This document shows positions 27,276 through 30,338 of a stretch of 30,338 bases of DNA, one piece after another. Position numbers and translations under genes: made by a program. Source of the stretch: a virus (Duplodnaviria > Caudoviricetes). Each line of letters opens with the position of its first letter. Within the stretch, counting starts at the first letter, position 1. The notes under the pieces were generated by a model that saw nothing but the letters and a program-made list of their open reading frames with translations, was not told the origin of the DNA and made no database searches. The DNA is taken from positions 1-30,338 of the IMG/VR virus record IMGVR_UViG_3300036856_000108, one strand, 5' to 3'.

Positions 27276-27392
27276 TTAATCGTAATTGCGGTTTTCAGGC
27301 CGCTTATCAAAATCCGCATCACTAATATCAGCAGCAAAAAAACCGCTGGCGATAACCGCTAACAAACCGAGCAACACCCACAGGGCCGTCAT
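27276..27392 (-). CDS. Small 38-aa single-TM protein (not in ORF track)
   Basis: MTALWVLLGLLAVIASGFFAADISDADFDKRPENRNYD*; ATGA overlap with upstream stop; fills the gap. Confidence 0.65.
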   Translation of the reverse strand: MTALWVLLGLLAVIASGFFAADISDADFDKRPENRNYD

Positions 27393-27613
27393 GCACGCCC
27401 CCGATAGTGTTTGTTTCTTTCTTCGATGAGTTCAGCGCAATGGACGCAATACTCGACGCCGACCAGCGTTGCGCGGCGCGCCTCGGGGATTGGGCGGTCG
27501 CAATCGATGCAGAACATTGCGGAGACGCCTGTCATACGCTTGCGCGCGGCGTTGATTTGCGCCTCCAGCGTTTCGGCCTGACGTTCGGTGATTAAATCCA
27601 TTAAATCCGGCAT
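27389..27613 (-). CDS. TraR/DksA C4 zinc-finger protein (Orf82-like)
   Basis: MPDLMD...CIDC..PIPEARR.....V..CVHC. Confidence 0.9.
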   Translation of the reverse strand: MPDLMDLITERQAETLEAQINAARKRMTGVSAMFCIDCDRPIPEARRATLVGVEYCVHCAELIEERNKHYRGRA

Positions 27614-27861
27614 CAGATAACCCCTCTGTCTTTTAAACCTGCGTAATGAAGCTGAATTGACTCTTGGCTAAGCAATTCTAAAATTTCAGCTCTATTAAGT
27701 TGTTCAGTTGCGGCGTGACGGATTAATGAATCCAGTCGGGATGAAAAGCTAATAGCCGCATCGGCTTTCGCTTCGGTTCTGGCTTTATTTAACATCCAGT
27801 TTCGCGTGTCGTTATCAGCCTTATTTTTCATTTCTTGGCCGACGGTTTTATACATGTGCAT
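27613..27861 (-). CDS. P2 Orf80-like (DUF2732-type) early protein
   Basis: LNKAR.EAKAD.A..FSSRLD.L.......L...EI.ELL.QES; ATG 27861 with GGAG SD. Confidence 0.75.
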   Translation of the reverse strand: MHMYKTVGQEMKNKADNDTRNWMLNKARTEAKADAAISFSSRLDSLIRHAATEQLNRAEILELLSQESIQLHYAGLKDRGVI

Positions 27862-27924
27862 ATAAACTCCAGATAATGGGAAGCCCGACGCAATCAAGCG
27901 CCTTTAAAAAGGTGTCAGGTTTAA

Positions 27925-28425
27925 TTAGTGCAGGTAGGTTTCTGGACGTACCGACGTTAATACAGTGGGTGCGTTTTCAAATAAGCTAAAGAGCTCTTTT
28001 AATGCGCGGAAAAGGGCATCACGCCACGTGCAACGTTCATCATCAATACGCCAGTAAGGTTGACTAAATTCATCCTCGGTGAGCCCAGCGTGAAGAAACA
28101 AAGAGCGGCGCTCGCTGATACTTAAACGGCCAATAAAACCGGATTTACTAATCCCACGGCTACGGTATTTAGCAAAGGCCGCGCGCAGTTCATCAATGGC
28201 GCAGACGATACGCTCGCGATCCCCGTCGGTCATTTCTTGTAGTTTCATAACAGAATGTCGCTGCTTAAGTTGAGCATGGAAACAAATAGTCAGGCGCTCC
28301 CGCTCACTCATTCTGTTATAGAACTCACAGGAGTTTTCCCAGCGGGCAGGTGCCAAGCGCTCACCAACGGCAGCGCGTAAACCTGCGGGCTGATTCATTA
28401 CAGTTGCGATAGTGATGACAGTCAT
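27925..28425 (-). CDS. B: Replication protein gpB
   Basis: ERERLTICFHAQLKQRH...RERIVCAIDELR...LFLHAGLT..EF.QPYW; 166 aa. Confidence 0.9.
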   Translation of the reverse strand: MTVITIATVMNQPAGLRAAVGERLAPARWENSCEFYNRMSERERLTICFHAQLKQRHSVMKLQEMTDGDRERIVCAIDELRAAFAKYRSRGISKSGFIGRLSISERRSLFLHAGLTEDEFSQPYWRIDDERCTWRDALFRALKELFSLFENAPTVLTSVRPETYLH

Positions 28426-28592
28426 TTTTGCCCCCGAGAAAATAAGTTTTTGATGCGCGATAAGCGGCTTTGGCGGCGGGTGCGGATAATTACACCTTTG
28501 CGACCTTTACCATGAGTAATTTTTGAATCTAATACGCGCTGTGACTGGTTATTCCAGAGCAATGGCGCGATTGAAATTACGGAAGTATTCAT
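28422..28592 (-). CDS. P2 Orf78-like early protein
   Basis: IAPLL.......ITHGKGRKGVIIR; 56 aa; between cox and B. Confidence 0.8.
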   Translation of the reverse strand: MNTSVISIAPLLWNNQSQRVLDSKITHGKGRKGVIIRTRRQSRLSRIKNLFSRGQK

Positions 28593-28594
28593 GT

Positions 28595-28867
28595 CTATAG
28601 CCCCATCCATAACAGCCACGCATCACGCTGCTCTACTGGGCGATTATAAAAAGCCTCTTTAACTGCTCGGTTGAACTCGGGGATATAAATCCACTTCTCA
28701 CCAGCCCGCGCATTGGGCTTGTCTGGATCACGTAACTCAATGACCGGTAACTTTCTATGTTTGGTCATTTCTTTAACTGCTGATTCAGTTTTACCTATCA
28801 ATTCGGCAAATTTGGACTCATGAACTGCGTCCAAAGGGTATCGAATCACATAATCATCATCTTTCAT
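28595..28867 (-). CDS. cox: Cox excisionase / lytic repressor
   Basis: KFAELIGKT..AV..M....KLPVI...DP......GE.W.Y.PE...WLLWMGL; ATG 28867 with GAGG SD. Confidence 0.9.
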   Translation of the reverse strand: MKDDDYVIRYPLDAVHESKFAELIGKTESAVKEMTKHRKLPVIELRDPDKPNARAGEKWIYIPEFNRAVKEAFYNRPVEQRDAWLLWMGL

Positions 28868-28971
28868 CTGTGCTAACCTCTTTTGATCCAACCCTCTGTA
28901 AACCGTTTAAAACCATTTACGGGGCAGTTGGCTTTTCGTTTTGGTACTTAGTTGAGTACCAATAGGTGTGG

Positions 28972-29001
28972 AATATAGTCTTGAGGTTAGTACCATGTCA
29001 A
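28972..29001 (-). promoter_or_regulatory. Early lytic promoter Pe
   Basis: TTGACA (overlapping the C start codon)-18 bp-TATATT, flanked by TGGTACT direct repeats. Confidence 0.7.
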
Positions 29002-29276
29002 GTAGTTACGCTATGAAGCTAAAAGCTATGAGAAAGGCTGAGAAATTGACCCAAGCTGCCATGAGCAGTGTCACAGGTGTAGGTCTCAGCACCATTAAAA
29101 ACTATGAAACTCAAGGGGTTGAAATTGGGTTGAGTGTTATTGAGAGAGTTTTATCAGCTCAAGTGTTCCAAAAATATACACTTTGGCTAATGACAGATAA
29201 GACCGCGCCGGAAGCTGGACAAATAGCCCCGGCTATCGCACACATTGGGCAAGAGAAAATCATCTCAAACCGTTAA
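28995..29276 (+). CDS. C: Immunity repressor C (short HTH)
   Basis: LKAMRKAEKLTQ...TGVGLSTIKNYE...FQKYTLWLMT.KTAPEAGQIAP; GAGGT SD before ATG 28995. Confidence 0.9.
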   Translation: MSSSYAMKLKAMRKAEKLTQAAMSSVTGVGLSTIKNYETQGVEIGLSVIERVLSAQVFQKYTLWLMTDKTAPEAGQIAPAIAHIGQEKIISNR

Positions 29277-29360
29277 GGCCTGAGAACTGGCTAGATATTT
29301 GTTATCAATACGCTGACTGGCTTTGGTTGCAGGCTGGTAGGTACATCGGAGGGCTGTCTT

Positions 29361-30338
29361 ATGACAATTAAGAAGCTCGATGATGGTCAATATGAAGTGG
29401 ACATAAGACCTTGCGGACGCGAAGGACGTCGTTTTCGTAAGAAGTTTGGCAGGAAAGCCGAAGCTATCGCCTTTGAGCGATATGTGATGGCCAACGCGAA
29501 CAAAAAAGAGTGGGCAAACAAGCGAGCAGATCGCCGCCTGCTTAGCAAACTGATAGACATTTGGTGGCTTTACCATGGCCAAAATCTAAAAAATGGTGCT
29601 ATAGAAAAACGACACCTGATGAAAACGGTAACTGCTATCGGAGACCTAACGGTAAACCAGCTAAGTAAACGGGTATTAATGGAGCATCGCAGCCAGCGCC
29701 TAACCGACGGTATTAGCGCTGCCACTATAAATCGCGATCTTTATAGATTCTCAGGCATGTTTACAGCGTTGATAAAACTTGAAGAATTTTCAGGTCAAAA
29801 TCCGCTGCATGGTTTACCGCCTTTAGCTGAAAAAAATCCCAGCATGACGTTTTTAGATACAGACGAAATTAGTTCGTTGCTGACGGTTTTGAATGGAGAC
29901 GAAAGGCTTATTGCTTTGTTGTGCTTAAGTACCGGCGGTAGGTGGGGAGAAGTAAGTACCCTAACCCCAGCTCAAATAGCGAATAGTCGTGTAACATTTT
30001 TAGAAACTAAGAATGGGAAAAAACGCACGATTCCAATTTCGAAAGAATTGGAAGAGGAAGTGAAAAGTAAGGCAGGTGGGAAGCTCTTTAAAGTGGATTA
30101 CGAAAAATTCTGTATGAAGCTTAGAGATGTAAAGCCGGATCTGCCACGCGGTCAGGCGACCCATATATTACGGCACACTTTCGCTAGCCATTTTATGATG
30201 AACGGCGGGAATATAATTGCTCTTCAGCAAATCCTAGGACATGCCAACATCCAGCAGACAATGGCCTATTCCCACTTGGCACCCGACTATCTTCAAAACG
30301 CCGTTATACTCAATCCGTTAAAGGGGGGAGTTGGCTGA
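29361..30338 (+). CDS. int: Tyrosine integrase
   Basis: TGGRWGE, TKNGK, HILRHTFASHF, LGH..I..T..Y catalytic residues; GGAGGG SD. Confidence 0.96.
   Translation: MTIKKLDDGQYEVDIRPCGREGRRFRKKFGRKAEAIAFERYVMANANKKEWANKRADRRLLSKLIDIWWLYHGQNLKNGAIEKRHLMKTVTAIGDLTVNQLSKRVLMEHRSQRLTDGISAATINRDLYRFSGMFTALIKLEEFSGQNPLHGLPPLAEKNPSMTFLDTDEISSLLTVLNGDERLIALLCLSTGGRWGEVSTLTPAQIANSRVTFLETKNGKKRTIPISKELEEEVKSKAGGKLFKVDYEKFCMKLRDVKPDLPRGQATHILRHTFASHFMMNGGNIIALQQILGHANIQQTMAYSHLAPDYLQNAVILNPLKGGVG

Larger units (their letters stand above)
1..30338. mobile_element. P2-like prophage, essentially complete
   Basis: Full P2 gene set in prophage permutation (ogr to int), cos and ori present, no evident disrupted genes. 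Confidence 0.97.

Noticed and set aside
27336-27342. T7 run in the 38-aa peptide as a frameshift site
   Set aside because: The -1 frame stops after two Cys codons; no fusion results
1-30338. attL/attR, tRNA, CRISPR array, IS elements
   Set aside because: None visible; the window ends at the ogr and int stop codons so att sites would be outside

Overview
The window is an apparently intact P2-like (Peduovirus-type) enterobacterial prophage, trimmed from the ogr stop codon (1) to the integrase stop codon (30338); att sites would lie outside. In order it carries ogr, the tail operon (D,U,T,E'/E,FII,FI), the baseplate/fibre operon (G,H,I,J,W,V), S,R, a lysis cassette (spanins, SAR-type endolysin, holin), X,L,M,N,O, divergent P,Q, cos, an AT-rich accessory locus, replication gene A with its internal ori, early genes, the cox/C switch and int. 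Main points of interest: (1) a three-gene cargo in the cos-to-A hotspot (GHKL/MORC ATPase + Rossmann methyltransferase-like protein, convergent with a C5 cytosine methyltransferase, no recognisable nuclease), a candidate anti-phage system I cannot match to a named one; (2) an unannotated 46-aa hydrophobic ORF between V and W carrying an exact 15-bp copy of the gene E frameshift site, placed so a -1 shift would fuse it to gpW; (3) near-absence of CCNGG across the genome; (4) a shared non-canonical late-promoter motif (CTGTTGT-N15-ACG). All family assignments are from motif recognition and synteny, not database searches.
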